64,000 bases of DNA, taken from Gemmatimonadaceae bacterium. GTDB taxonomy: Bacteria > Gemmatimonadota > Gemmatimonadetes > Gemmatimonadales > Gemmatimonadaceae. The notes under the pieces were generated by a model. That model saw nothing but the letters and a program-made list of their open reading frames with translations. It was not told where the DNA came from and did no database searches. The position numbers and the translations under genes are program-made. Location: the NCBI GenBank assembly GCA_051859245.1, contig JBHYGA010000005.1:448001-512000 (forward strand), read 5' to 3'. Positions 13,936 to 24,111 of this stretch are shown one piece after another (the first letter of the stretch is position 1; every line of letters begins with the position of its first letter).

Positions 13936-15867
13936 TCAGCGCCGAGTGCCCGTCGCATCCACGATGATGTGACACGCTACGCCGCTCGTGCCTTGCACAC
14001 GACGGTAGCCAATCACGTTCACTTGCAGCGCCAGCGTACCATCGGCGTTGAAGCGACCGTTCAGACGTGTGGTGAGCGCGGTGGCCAACTCGGCCTGGCC
14101 CGGCATCACGCGGAACGTGCTTGAGAAAAATCCGTCCGCATCGAGCACGGAAGGAAACGTGTCGCCGCCGGTGAAGGCGATGGACAGCGTGTCGTCGCCC
14201 GCACGATGTGACACGCGTGCGGCATCAGTGCCTGAGGGGCCGCGCCAGAGATCGCGACAGGCCGCCGAACCATTCACGCGAGCCGCGTCATAACGCACCG
14301 TGTACACACCGCCCACGGTCGTGCCGCGTCGATCGCTGGCCGAACGCGCGGCGCCGCTGCCGGCTTGCTTGAAGCGCACCTGGTTGCCGAACTCGGTGGT
14401 GATCTGATCGATGTCGTCTTTGGGAAACTCGTACCGCAGCCCCGTTTCGGCGTCGCGAAAGACCACCGACGAGGTCTTGATCACTTCCACGCGCCCCTGC
14501 AGCCGCCGCCCGCTTTCCAGCTGCAGCTGGTCGAGCCCCGGCAGCACGCGGGTGGCGCCGCCGTTTGCTGCAGGCGCAGGAGTGCGTCCAGCAGGCGCTG
14601 TAGCGGGCGCGGAGGCGTTGAGGCGAGGCGTGGGCCTCGTGGCGGGCTGAACGCGCCGTACGCGCGCTTCGTCGCCGTCGCGCAGCGGCAGCGCGTTGCG
14701 CGTAATGCTCGGCACACCAGGTGACGCCGGGGCCGAACCCAGAGCTGCCGTCGCTGCGTTCGGCGCGGCGCCAGCCCCAAGTCCGCGCACGTTTGACCGT
14801 TCGGTGAGCTCGATGTACGCGTTGCCCGTCGCGCCCTCGGCGGGCAAGCGTGTCATGGCGAGCGACGGGGCCACGCCGGATCCAGGCGCGAGCGGCACGC
14901 GCGTGGCCCGACCACCCACGCCAATGCCGTCCGTTGCGCCGGTCGACTGCGGCGCGGTTGCCGGAGGGGCGTTCCGGCGCGCCGCATCGGTCACGGTATA
15001 CACCGTTGGGATCTCCGGAGTGTTGGCGCCCAGCAGGCTCGTGTCGGCAACAGACGCCGTGTCCAGCGGCGCGCTGATGCGAACGGCCTTCGGATCACGC
15101 GCGATGGCGCGATCAATCTCCGCCATGCGTGCCGCCTCGCGCTGCGCGGCGAGTCGACTGCGGCCGGCGGCCTGATAAAAAATGCTGATGTACGCACCCA
15201 CCGCGATCAGTGCGGTGAGCTTGGCAACATTCGGTGCGGCGGTGATCGCCCAACTCGATGAGCCACCGCGCGCGGGGCCAATACGTGATCCTGGAATCGC
15301 GCGCGGCAATGCACGACCACCAACGAGCGGCGGTGAAGCGGACCGTGCACCCGTCCGCCACACATTGCCGGTTGACGGCGGCGCGGCAAAACCGCTGTTG
15401 CTTCGTGCCGGTGTGCGCGGCGGTGGAAGCGGCGGCAGTGCGTAGGCCGAACCAGCGTTTGTGTTCGCGGTTGGATTCCACGACGGCGCCGGCGGTTTGG
15501 GCTGATCAACAAACGCCGTGAGGTGCGACGCTTCAATACAACCAAACGCATAGCCCCACGCTTCAATGGCCCAGCGCGCAACTTCGGGTTGCAGAAAACG
15601 ATCGGCAATCCACGAGTTGATGAGCGGCGCGCTCTTGGCGCTCCACTGCGCCGGATCGAGTTTGGTGCGCGGCAGCGTGTACAACACACCGCGCTCAATC
15701 GCTTCCATGAGCACGTTGGCGAGCGGACGCGCGTCACTGCCCACTTCGTCGAGCAAGCGATTGCGAAACACATCGAGTGACGGCTGTGCCCAATCGTCTG
15801 CACCACGCACAAGGCGGTGCAGCGCGTCGCGCATGGCGCGGCGGGTATCGGTGAGCACGGTAGTCAT
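13936..15867 (-). CDS. Hypothetical single-pass membrane protein, paralog of 15955-17385
   Basis: 643-aa ORF: N-terminal helical domain (FRNRLLDEVGSD...RWAIEAWGYAFG), Pro/Ala-rich linker, TM helix, C-terminal beta domain with two Cys. Confidence 0.75.
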   Translation of the reverse strand: MTTVLTDTRRAMRDALHRLVRGADDWAQPSLDVFRNRLLDEVGSDARPLANVLMEAIERGVLYTLPRTKLDPAQWSAKSAPLINSWIADRFLQPEVARWAIEAWGYAFGCIEASHLTAFVDQPKPPAPSWNPTANTNAGSAYALPPLPPPRTPARSNSGFAAPPSTGNVWRTGARSASPPLVGGRALPRAIPGSRIGPARGGSSSWAITAAPNVAKLTALIAVGAYISIFYQAAGRSRLAAQREAARMAEIDRAIARDPKAVRISAPLDTASVADTSLLGANTPEIPTVYTVTDAARRNAPPATAPQSTGATDGIGVGGRATRVPLAPGSGVAPSLAMTRLPAEGATGNAYIELTERSNVRGLGAGAAPNAATAALGSAPASPGVPSITRNALPLRDGDEARVRRVQPATRPTPRLNASAPATAPAGRTPAPAANGGATRVLPGLDQLQLESGRRLQGRVEVIKTSSVVFRDAETGLRYEFPKDDIDQITTEFGNQVRFKQAGSGAARSASDRRGTTVGGVYTVRYDAARVNGSAACRDLWRGPSGTDAARVSHRAGDDTLSIAFTGGDTFPSVLDADGFFSSTFRVMPGQAELATALTTRLNGRFNADGTLALQVNVIGYRRVQGTSGVACHIIVDATGTRR

Positions 15868-15954
15868 GGGTTCAGGCGTTGCTCGTTAAACGCCACAGGG
15901 CGGGCTCAGGGTCCACGATCGCGCATATTCGGGTGACGAACAGGCGCATGGTAT

Positions 15955-17385
15955 TCAGCGCCGCGCGCCGATCAGATCCGCGATCACCATGCAGCGCTGC
16001 GTGCGGCGGTAGCGAATGACCGCCTCCGTTTCCGTGTAGGTGCGCGCCACAAAACCGGTTGGTGTGGTGCGGCCGATCATGCGAAAGTTGTAGCGCACAC
16101 CGTCGTGCGTACCGCTGTGCGGTGCGGTGGCAAATGTGCCGTCACCCTGCAGCATGCCGTGCACACCAGGACGCGAGACGAGTTGGAACTCACGGGTGTC
16201 CGCGGTTTGCGTAAACTCTTCGTCGCTCACCGCGTCAGCATTCTGCAGCGCATCAGCCACCGGTGTACACATGGCGCTGCCATTCACGGCGAGAATGCGG
16301 CGTTCAACGCGGTAGCGGCCAGCGAGGGACGGGACCGGTGCGTTCATTGGCGTGGTGTGATACGCCTCTGCGCTCAACACCGGCGCGCCCTCGGCGTTGA
16401 CCGGTTGACGCGCCGCCGCCATATCAGCCACCACGCGCGGCGCCGAATCAACGGTGCGCGCCGCCGAATCAACAGTGCGCGCCGCCGAATCAACAACAGC
16501 CGCCGCAGAATCAGCACCGCGTGCCGACGAATCGGTCGCAACCGTGGTCGCATCAACCGAAGCTCCTGGCGCCGTCAGCAACGCCGAATCAACAGCGCGC
16601 AGTGCAACCTGCGCGGCCGACGCGATGGGCTCCGACATCGACCGCGCCGTCATCACAAACCCAAGAAAGAACACACCAAAGACACACATCGCCACGAAGA
16701 ACCCGGCAAAATTCGGCGGATGTATCGTACTGCCGCTCGCACTTGCCGCACCCGCACCCGCACCCGGCACACGCCACCGTGGTGCACCGGCGGCCGGTGC
16801 ACCACGCACCCACGCACCAACGCGCGGTGCCGGCGGACCACCAGCCCATGATGGCGCACCTGGCACATAGGTCGCCGCAGCCGTTGGCGCTTTCACACCC
16901 GGTGTTGGCGTGCCTCGCGCACCACTGCTACTGCGCGCCCGCGGCGTTGTCACACGCTCCACTCGTGCGCTCGCACTCGCGGCGCGCGCCGCATACTCCG
17001 CGCGCAGTGCATTGGCGGCATCACGCGGGACAACACCAAGCGCGACCGCCCACGCGTCTACCGCCCACGTGGCAATGTCTGCGTTTACAAACAGCTCGCC
17101 CACCACCATCGAGACCAGCGTGGTGCGACGTGCAGGCCATTCCGATGTACGCACCGTGCCGAGCGCGTGCAGTGCATCTACCAGGCCATGACGGCCGACG
17201 CGCAGCAGCAAATCGATCAGCGCGCGATGATCACTGCCGCACGCATCGAGCAACAGGTTCCGAAATCGCTGTGGTGCCGACGGCGGCCACGTTTCGCCTT
17301 GTGCAAGCAGCGACGCCAGCGCGTCGGCCGCCACGGCGTGCACCGATGCGGGCCGACCCTGTCCATCGCCGAACGGTGCAGACAC
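15955..17385 (-). CDS. Hypothetical single-pass membrane protein with VDSAART repeats
   Basis: 476-aa ORF: FRNLLLDACGSD...TWAVDAWAVALG, TM helix FFVAMCVFGVFFLGFV, C-terminal domain resembling the neighbour's. Confidence 0.75.
   Translation of the reverse strand: MSAPFGDGQGRPASVHAVAADALASLLAQGETWPPSAPQRFRNLLLDACGSDHRALIDLLLRVGRHGLVDALHALGTVRTSEWPARRTTLVSMVVGELFVNADIATWAVDAWAVALGVVPRDAANALRAEYAARAASASARVERVTTPRARSSSGARGTPTPGVKAPTAAATYVPGAPSWAGGPPAPRVGAWVRGAPAAGAPRWRVPGAGAGAASASGSTIHPPNFAGFFVAMCVFGVFFLGFVMTARSMSEPIASAAQVALRAVDSALLTAPGASVDATTVATDSSARGADSAAAVVDSAARTVDSAARTVDSAPRVVADMAAARQPVNAEGAPVLSAEAYHTTPMNAPVPSLAGRYRVERRILAVNGSAMCTPVADALQNADAVSDEEFTQTADTREFQLVSRPGVHGMLQGDGTFATAPHSGTHDGVRYNFRMIGRTTPTGFVARTYTETEAVIRYRRTQRCMVIADLIGARR
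16440..16510 (-). repeat. 21-bp coding tandem repeat (VDSAART)
   Basis: cgccgaatcaac-containing unit repeated about 3 times. Confidence 0.8.
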
Positions 17386-17397
17386 GCGACGCTCGGC

Positions 17398-18825
17398 TCA
17401 GCGCAAAAAGTCTATGCGCAACACACGCGCCGGCACGTCGTCACCGGCACGCAGTGCGAGCCCCGGTACGAGCTCCACCTGCTCGTTGTGTCCGATGCGT
17501 GGTCCGTCAATCACATGCATGGGCGTGTGCGAAAGATTCACCAGCCACCACTTGCCACCGTGCTGCGCAATGTACGCCTGCGGCGCGCGGTCGGCGTGCT
17601 CGTTGGGCGACACACTGCTGCGCAAATGCCACTGATGCAGGATCAGATGGTGAAAGAACGTGAACGTGAGCTTCTCGTCAACCAGACCGTTGCCCGTATC
17701 ACGCCACACACGCGCGTACGGCAGCGGACCGGCAATATGCTCGCCAGACCACGCGCACTTGTTGTGCAGGCCCGGGCCAGCCACCACCCACTTTCGGCCA
17801 GAGGTGGTAGGCGCGAGCATGTTCATGGTGTGATACAGCGCGCCCTCCCACTCAGCCGCATCCGCACGCTTGTTCGGATGATGCAACCCGTGCACAAAAC
17901 TCTTTTCAAAGAGCGGCGCGAGAAACGGACCCAAGCGCGTGTACGGGACGGTGATTGGCTTGGACGGCGGATTGCTGCGATCGGTTGGATGCTCCACAAA
18001 CAACGCCCGCGCACCCATGCTCAACGTTTCATCTTCTTCGGCCGAACGCGAACTGTTTACGCGCGTGCCTTGCAGTGGATGACGCTGCAGCAACAGCTGA
18101 TACAACAGCACCGCGAGTGCATGTCGATCGGTGGCAATGCTTGGCACCGCTTTCCCAGCGAGCACTTCGGGCGCAATGTATCCGGGCGTTCCGAGCACCG
18201 ATGGCGGTGCAATGCCCGGCACCACCAGCGAGTCAATGTCAATCACGCACGCGTCGCCACCTTTGGGATCAACGAGCACGTTTTTGTTTGACAAATCGCT
18301 GTGCGCAAGTCCGGCAAAGTGCATGCGACGAATCGCACGTGTGAGCCGCACCGCGACCTGCATGCGTGTGAGCAGGTTGCCCTGTTCTTCCTGCGGCACA
18401 AAATGCGACGCTTTGCCGCCGGTAAACCACTTCACTTCTTTTTCCTGACGCGAGCCAAAGCGGTCGCGAAAGTAGAATGTGTTGCGATACACCGGCGTGA
18501 CCACACCGAGCGGCGGCCACACGAGTTGCTGTCGTCGCGCGAACTCCTGCGGCACCGCGTTCACCCCTTCCACCATGGCCACCGGCCAGCAGAAATACGG
18601 TGTCCAGTATTCGCCTTTGGCGCCGAGAGTCGGGTTGTAGGTGGCGATAATGCGTGTGAGTCGATCAACACGTTCGCGCCGATCGGCCAGATGGCCAAAG
18701 AAAAATCCTACGGCGTACTGACGATCACGCGTGAGAAACACACGCTTTTCGGCGCCGCTGCCAACGGGTGTATCGTCGAGCTGCAGCGTGCGCCCGTCGG
18801 TCAGGCGGACGTTGACGGTGCCCAT
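17398..18825 (-). CDS. TerY-associated Ser/Thr kinase with C-terminal FHA-like region
   Basis: VGSGAEKRVF Gly loop, HSDLSNKN catalytic loop, IDIDSL in place of DFG, GTPGYIAPE, TDRHALAVL. Confidence 0.88.
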   Translation of the reverse strand: MGTVNVRLTDGRTLQLDDTPVGSGAEKRVFLTRDRQYAVGFFFGHLADRRERVDRLTRIIATYNPTLGAKGEYWTPYFCWPVAMVEGVNAVPQEFARRQQLVWPPLGVVTPVYRNTFYFRDRFGSRQEKEVKWFTGGKASHFVPQEEQGNLLTRMQVAVRLTRAIRRMHFAGLAHSDLSNKNVLVDPKGGDACVIDIDSLVVPGIAPPSVLGTPGYIAPEVLAGKAVPSIATDRHALAVLLYQLLLQRHPLQGTRVNSSRSAEEDETLSMGARALFVEHPTDRSNPPSKPITVPYTRLGPFLAPLFEKSFVHGLHHPNKRADAAEWEGALYHTMNMLAPTTSGRKWVVAGPGLHNKCAWSGEHIAGPLPYARVWRDTGNGLVDEKLTFTFFHHLILHQWHLRSSVSPNEHADRAPQAYIAQHGGKWWLVNLSHTPMHVIDGPRIGHNEQVELVPGLALRAGDDVPARVLRIDFLR

Positions 18826-19937
18826 GGTGCGATCGAGTGTGAGGCGGAGTGGTGCAGGGCCACGGCCAGCGTGCGGTCATCGTTCTCGCCGCGCTTTTCA
18901 AAGCCGAGCCAGTCGAGCAGTGCGGAACCCGGATCAGCCGCGGTGAACACCGCCGGCATCAGTGACTGCGCGGTCAGTCCTGTGAGTGGATGCTGCACAC
19001 CGTGCACAAGCTGCGACAGCAGCGCCGGAGCGTGACGTGCAAACGGATAGAGCGCGTCTTCCACGCCGTCGGTCACCAACAATACCGCCGCGAGGTCGGG
19101 CACTAGGTATGAACGCGTGGCCGCACGCGCGCGCGACATGGTTTCTTCGTCTGGCAAAAAGCAGTGCACTTCGCCCGACCATTCGCCGGCATCACCCACC
19201 GAGGGTTGTGTGATACGCCCGTCCTGATGTGCGAGCACGAGCATGCCGTCGCCCACTTGCGAGGTGACCACGCGCACGCCGCCGTCGGCCGCGCGTTCCC
19301 ACGCAACCGCGAGCAGTGTGGTGCGCAACAGGCGCGGCGACACCTTCATGGCATCCGCGCACGCGCGCAGCAACGTCACTGCGTCGGAGATCGCGAGCAA
19401 CATGGTTTCTTCGTTGAGCGCCGCTGCATCACGCAGCGCGAGGCCAACCGCGTCTACGGCGATTGCGCTGCCCAGCCGGCTCCACGCCGCTGAGCCCGCG
19501 CCATCACCAACTACCAGCACACCACGCTCAGCGGTGAGCGCACAAAAACTCGCGTCTTCACACCAGCTGCCCACGTGCGCATGCCGACGGCCGCGACGTG
19601 CTGCCGCAACCGCCTGCCATTCGGCAGTACGCACATGTTCCGTGTGCGAGTGGCTGCGCTCATTCACCTCATCGGTTGCATGCGCCGCGACCGCATCACG
19701 CCTCGCGAACAGGCGCGCGCGCTCTTCCGCGCCCAGCACCGCGACGAGGGCCTGTTCGATTTCTGGCGGACACCACGCATCAATCGGTGCCCGCACGGTC
19801 CACGTGGCCGGTTTCGGCAACGGCGGCTCGGCAATCGGTTCGGCAGCCGCTGCTGCGTTCGTGATCGCGCTTGTCGCACTCGCGGCTGACGTGCCTATAT
19901 CATCGCTCTGTTTCGCCAACGCATCCGCATCACTCAC
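18801..19937 (-). CDS. PP2C-like protein phosphatase (TerY-P triad)
   Basis: RGRRH...CED, VGDGAGSA, QVGDG, TDGVED and DDRT motifs. Confidence 0.88.
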   Translation of the reverse strand: MSDADALAKQSDDIGTSAASATSAITNAAAAAEPIAEPPLPKPATWTVRAPIDAWCPPEIEQALVAVLGAEERARLFARRDAVAAHATDEVNERSHSHTEHVRTAEWQAVAAARRGRRHAHVGSWCEDASFCALTAERGVLVVGDGAGSAAWSRLGSAIAVDAVGLALRDAAALNEETMLLAISDAVTLLRACADAMKVSPRLLRTTLLAVAWERAADGGVRVVTSQVGDGMLVLAHQDGRITQPSVGDAGEWSGEVHCFLPDEETMSRARAATRSYLVPDLAAVLLVTDGVEDALYPFARHAPALLSQLVHGVQHPLTGLTAQSLMPAVFTAADPGSALLDWLGFEKRGENDDRTLAVALHHSASHSIAPWAPSTSA

Positions 19938-20575
19938 GGAACGATCGTGATGCCAGGCGGTGGCGGGGGCAGGGTAATCGCGCTGCCATCGGCGACCGCG
20001 CCCACCTTCTGCGACGTCTGCTTCACCGAGGCCGACACAAAGCTGAAGAACGCACGGAACGCATCCGGCGACATCTCCTGCATGAGAATCACATTCTCGG
20101 TGACCTGCTTGAGCACATTCACATCGGCCTGATCACCGCACGCCACGGCAATGATGTTGGCGGGGCGACGCTCACGCAGCTGCTGCGCGTACATCGGCCA
20201 CTCCACATCGGTTGGGGCACCGTCAGACAAGATGAACACGAGCGGACGCCAGTCGCCCTTTACATCGGCGGTGGTGCGCACGAGCTCGCGATCAAAACTT
20301 TCGATCAGCATGCGCAGGCCATCACCAAAGTTGGTGGTGCCATTGGCGGTCAGATCGGGCGGATTGAACATCGCCACTTCGGTGAGCGGCACCGCCTGCT
20401 GTGCGCTGTTGCCGAACGTGATGATCGAGAGATATGCACTCTCAATGGCCTGCGGATCGCCGAGCAGATCGCGATGCAGCTGGCGAATGCCGGACTTGAC
20501 GGATTCAATGGGCGTTCCCTGCATGGAGCCGGAAACGTCGGCGAGGATATAGACGGGCAGGCGACGGGTCGTCAC
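19934..20575 (-). CDS. terY: TerY-like von Willebrand factor A protein
   Basis: RRLPVYILADVSGSM (MIDAS), KGDWRPLVFILSDGAPTD, C-terminal LPPPPP; likely GTG start at 20575. Confidence 0.9.
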   Translation of the reverse strand: MTTRRLPVYILADVSGSMQGTPIESVKSGIRQLHRDLLGDPQAIESAYLSIITFGNSAQQAVPLTEVAMFNPPDLTANGTTNFGDGLRMLIESFDRELVRTTADVKGDWRPLVFILSDGAPTDVEWPMYAQQLRERRPANIIAVACGDQADVNVLKQVTENVILMQEMSPDAFRAFFSFVSASVKQTSQKVGAVADGSAITLPPPPPGITIVP

Positions 20576-20762
20576 AGGACGGCTCCGGGGAAAGGCGGAC
20601 AAAGTAGGATCGCGTAAGCAACGCGACGCGCGGACGATTCGCAGCGCACAACCGGATAAACGCCCAACACGCGTACGAGGGTTTCGGGTTTCCCGGATTT
20701 AACACGCGGTACGTGCCGGGGGTCCCCGAACGCCGGAGAACAATCATACGCCAATGCAAAGC

Positions 20763-20790
20763 GCCCCGTGATGCCGAAGCACCACGGGGC
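20763..20790 (-). terminator. Hairpin downstream of pufC, probable intrinsic terminator
   Basis: gccccgtg...cacggggc arms; short U-run on the minus strand. Confidence 0.6.
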
Positions 20791-20813
20791 GTTCTCACCA
20801 CGACAACGGTGCG

Positions 20814-21923
20814 TTAGCGCTGCGATGTCCCAGCCTTCGCAGGCGGCGCCGCTCCGGTTGCTCCAGCGGGCGGAACCACGGCCGGGGCAGTGACTGCGCC
20901 AGCGGTTGAATCCGTCGCGGCCATGCTATCCGTGACCACCGGCGCGGTGTAGATGCCCGGGAAGGGCACGCCGTTCCAATCAGCACGTCCCCACATGGCC
21001 GGGTAGTCCTTGGCCATCTGCGCACCATACAGCGGCTTGTAGGCCCCGTTGTGGCACGTGATGCACTGCGCCTTGGGTGCGTCACCCATGGGCCCCAGAC
21101 GCACCGCCGGATATACCGGTTCCAGTGACGCCAGGAAGTTCGTGTTCACGTCGCGCATCATCTGGATACCGTGGAACGCCGTCACACGTGCCGGCGGCGC
21201 TTCGGTCCAGCTGGAGAACGCGCGTGAGTTGTGGCAGTAGGTGCAGTTGACGCCCAGCGACTTCGACTGTGAAATCATCAGCGCGTACGTCCACTCCGTC
21301 TGCTTGACCGACGAACGATTGTTGTTGTTCGGCTCAATCGTCTTGGAGATCACGCGCGCACCATCACGATCGAGATAGTGACGCAGGTAATCATTCTGAC
21401 TGGCGTAGAACCACAAGCCATTCGGCAGCGGCTTGCCCATGTGGCACGTGTAGCAGGTGACACCGGTGTTCTTCACATGCTCGGGATACTGCGAGTTGAT
21501 GTGCCGTGTCATCTGCAACATGCGACGCGCGACGATCTTGGTGTAGATCGGCTCACCCGTTGCCAGCGTGTCCGATGCAAATGCCGCCAGGTTGTGGCAA
21601 TACGCGCAGTTACCGGTACCGGCGACCCACGTACTCATCGCAATCATCGTGCGATTGAACTCGGCCACCGAGATATCGTTGAGCACCTGCACGTTCTGCC
21701 ACGGCAGCGGACCCGGAGGCGACGCACCAGCCGGTGGTAACACTTCAGGAATCGCGACGCTCGCGTACTTCGCGTCCACTTTCCCCATGTCGTACGTCTG
21801 CTCCATGGCGGTCCCGCGGAAGCCAACCTGCACGGCTTCCTTCTTGCCAAGGTCGCAGCCACTGAGGCCAACCGTTGCCAACAATGTGGCAACGGTGAGC
21901 ACGCGTGCGTTTCCAGCACTCAT
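20814..21923 (-). CDS. pufC: Reaction-centre tetraheme cytochrome c subunit
   Basis: Lipobox LSGC; four CxxCH motifs (CAYCH, CYTCH, CTYCH, CITCH); QVGFRGTAM. Confidence 0.97.
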   Translation of the reverse strand: MSAGNARVLTVATLLATVGLSGCDLGKKEAVQVGFRGTAMEQTYDMGKVDAKYASVAIPEVLPPAGASPPGPLPWQNVQVLNDISVAEFNRTMIAMSTWVAGTGNCAYCHNLAAFASDTLATGEPIYTKIVARRMLQMTRHINSQYPEHVKNTGVTCYTCHMGKPLPNGLWFYASQNDYLRHYLDRDGARVISKTIEPNNNNRSSVKQTEWTYALMISQSKSLGVNCTYCHNSRAFSSWTEAPPARVTAFHGIQMMRDVNTNFLASLEPVYPAVRLGPMGDAPKAQCITCHNGAYKPLYGAQMAKDYPAMWGRADWNGVPFPGIYTAPVVTDSMAATDSTAGAVTAPAVVPPAGATGAAPPAKAGTSQR

Positions 21924-23128
21924 CAGTTCTTCCTCGATGTCGAGGTCGGGGCATCGCCTTCGAATAACTCAGGCGGCGTCACCGGTGGTGTAACGGGCGG
22001 TGTTGCTGCCGGTACGGCCATGGTGTCGGCCTGTGTGCTATCGACCGCGGTGCTGTCCATCATGGTGCTATCCATCATCATGCTGTCCATCATGGGCGCC
22101 ATTCCAGCGGCCGGCGCGAGGTACTTCGGGAAGCTGTCAGGCGACGTGCCCTGATAGCGACCGCGCAGGAACTCGGCCTGATCTGGTGTGAGCGTGTTCT
22201 GCGCCGGATACGACGCCACCAGTCCGTGCTTTTGTCCCCAGAGGTACCAGTTGTCGACCACCGTGCCCGTCAACAAGATGCCAATGCCGCCCGTGAACGT
22301 GGTGAGAACGGCGAACCACCAGGCCCAGCGATGGATCGACTCCATCGTGGCGTTGAAGCCCATCGTCCATCTCCAGAACAACATCGAGCGTTCGGCCGCG
22401 GTTCCGCGATCGGTGATCTGCTCGATTTCGCGTTCACCACCCATGCGGGCGACGGCGAGAATCGTGGCGCCGTGCATGGCGAAGAGCACCGCACTGCCAT
22501 ACAGGAACACAATCGACAGCGCGTGGAACGGATTGTAGTACAGGTTGCCGTAGCGAATCGAGAACGCGCTCGTCCAGTCGAGATGCGGGAAGATGCCGAA
22601 GGGCACCATCTCGCTCCAGCTTCCCACCAGCAATGGCTGGAAGAAGAACGACAGGTAGAGGAAGATCGCCGAGGCAAAGGCCCACGGCAGATGTGTTCCC
22701 ATGCCGAGTGCGCGTGCGCGCTGATACGTGCGAACCCACCAGAGCAGAATGCTGACGGTAAGGAAGAAACCCGCCATCAAGTACCAACCACCTTCGGCGA
22801 GCGGCGGCAAGCGCAGCCCGTACACCGGTGAGGGTGGCTCAAGCGCGAGCCACGGGAGTTGGCGAATGAACTCGACGGGATCCCAGCCCACCGACGCCAT
22901 CATGTTCAGACCAATGATCTCGAACGCGAGGAATCCGAAGACCAGTGACGCAATGCCTGCCCAGCCGAAATAGATCGGACCGATCTGCGCGTCACCGATG
23001 CGTCCGGCGAGGGATAACATCCACCCTTTACCGTATCGCGCGCCGGTGATGCCCGTGTCGACCGGTAAACCGGGATCGGGAGCGTGTCGGACCTGAACGC
23101 GTGTGAAGAGATTCTGATACTCAAGCAT
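21923..23128 (-). CDS. pufM: Reaction centre M subunit with long C-terminal extension
   Basis: [44 protein letters not shown]; 401 aa. Confidence 0.98.
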   Translation of the reverse strand: MLEYQNLFTRVQVRHAPDPGLPVDTGITGARYGKGWMLSLAGRIGDAQIGPIYFGWAGIASLVFGFLAFEIIGLNMMASVGWDPVEFIRQLPWLALEPPSPVYGLRLPPLAEGGWYLMAGFFLTVSILLWWVRTYQRARALGMGTHLPWAFASAIFLYLSFFFQPLLVGSWSEMVPFGIFPHLDWTSAFSIRYGNLYYNPFHALSIVFLYGSAVLFAMHGATILAVARMGGEREIEQITDRGTAAERSMLFWRWTMGFNATMESIHRWAWWFAVLTTFTGGIGILLTGTVVDNWYLWGQKHGLVASYPAQNTLTPDQAEFLRGRYQGTSPDSFPKYLAPAAGMAPMMDSMMMDSTMMDSTAVDSTQADTMAVPAATPPVTPPVTPPELFEGDAPTSTSRKN

Positions 23129-23139
23129 GATTCAGAGCC

Positions 23140-23970
23140 TCAGGCGCCAGGCCAAATGGGAAGGTTGAGCCACCAGCTCCACCACTCCGGCCAGCCCTTC
23201 GTCCAGAAGGGACCAGAGATAATGATGCAGATCGCGCTCCAGATCGATGCACTCACCGCGAGGAACAGACCGAGCCGGTGAATGCCGACCGCGCCGATCG
23301 AGTAGCCGACCAGGTCGCGGAAAAAGACGTTCTCATGTTCGCTGGTTTTCACCGGCTCACCCTTCTTGGGATTCGTCACCGACAGGATCAATGATCCGTG
23401 CATCGCGAGCGCGAGGCAGTTGGTGAAGAAGAAGGTGATGGCGATCATGTGCGCCGGATTGTAGTGGAAGTGGAGGTACTGATACCCCACGTTCGACACC
23501 CAATCGAGGTGCGAGAAAATGCCGTACGGGAAACCGTGTCCCCAGGCACCGAGCAGCATCGGGCGGAACACCACCAGCGTGACGTACGCGAAGACTGCCG
23601 CGCCGTAGGCCCAGGGGATGTGCATGCCCATGCCAAGCTTGCGACTGATTTCAGCTTGTCGCAGCGCCCAACTGAAGAAGGCGCCGATTGCGCAGACGGT
23701 CACGAGTTGCCACAACCCGCCTTCAGCGAGTGGCGCGAAACTCAGACCATATGAGATGTCGGGGGGCGCGATGTTGATCTGCCACAGATTCCACGTCGGG
23801 CCCATGGCTGCTCCCCACACCAGCAGGAGCGTGCCAAGCACGGCAAAGAAAATCGTTGTGACACCAAAGAAGCCCACATAGAACGGACCGAACCAGAAAT
23901 CAAAAAGATCTCCGCCGATCAGCGTTCCACCGCGGACTCGATATTTACGTTCGAAACTCAGGGTCGCCAT
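23140..23970 (-). CDS. pufL: Reaction centre L subunit
   Basis: [36 protein letters not shown]. Confidence 0.98.
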   Translation of the reverse strand: MATLSFERKYRVRGGTLIGGDLFDFWFGPFYVGFFGVTTIFFAVLGTLLLVWGAAMGPTWNLWQINIAPPDISYGLSFAPLAEGGLWQLVTVCAIGAFFSWALRQAEISRKLGMGMHIPWAYGAAVFAYVTLVVFRPMLLGAWGHGFPYGIFSHLDWVSNVGYQYLHFHYNPAHMIAITFFFTNCLALAMHGSLILSVTNPKKGEPVKTSEHENVFFRDLVGYSIGAVGIHRLGLFLAVSASIWSAICIIISGPFWTKGWPEWWSWWLNLPIWPGA

Positions 23971-24037
23971 GGACTATGTCTCCGAGGCGTGCAACAGGCG
24001 CGCGTGCGGCATGGGAAGAAACGATGTAGAAGGGGTA

Positions 24038-24096
24038 CCGTGGGCGCGGGAACCGGGATCGGCCAGACACGGCCGATGCCCGGTCCCGCCCCGCGG
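24038..24096 (-). promoter_or_regulatory. Long GC-rich intercistronic hairpin between pufA and pufL (mRNA stability element or attenuator)
   Basis: ccgtgggcgcgggaaccgggatcggcc-agacac-ggccgatgcccggtcccgccccgcgg gives about 25 bp of stem with small bulges. Confidence 0.7.
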
Positions 24097-24111
24097 ACGC
24101 AACTGCTGGGC

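Noticed and set aside
16521..18291. Long plus-strand ORFs (380 aa, 374 aa) over the TerY-P insert
   Set aside because: Antisense to better-supported minus-strand genes.
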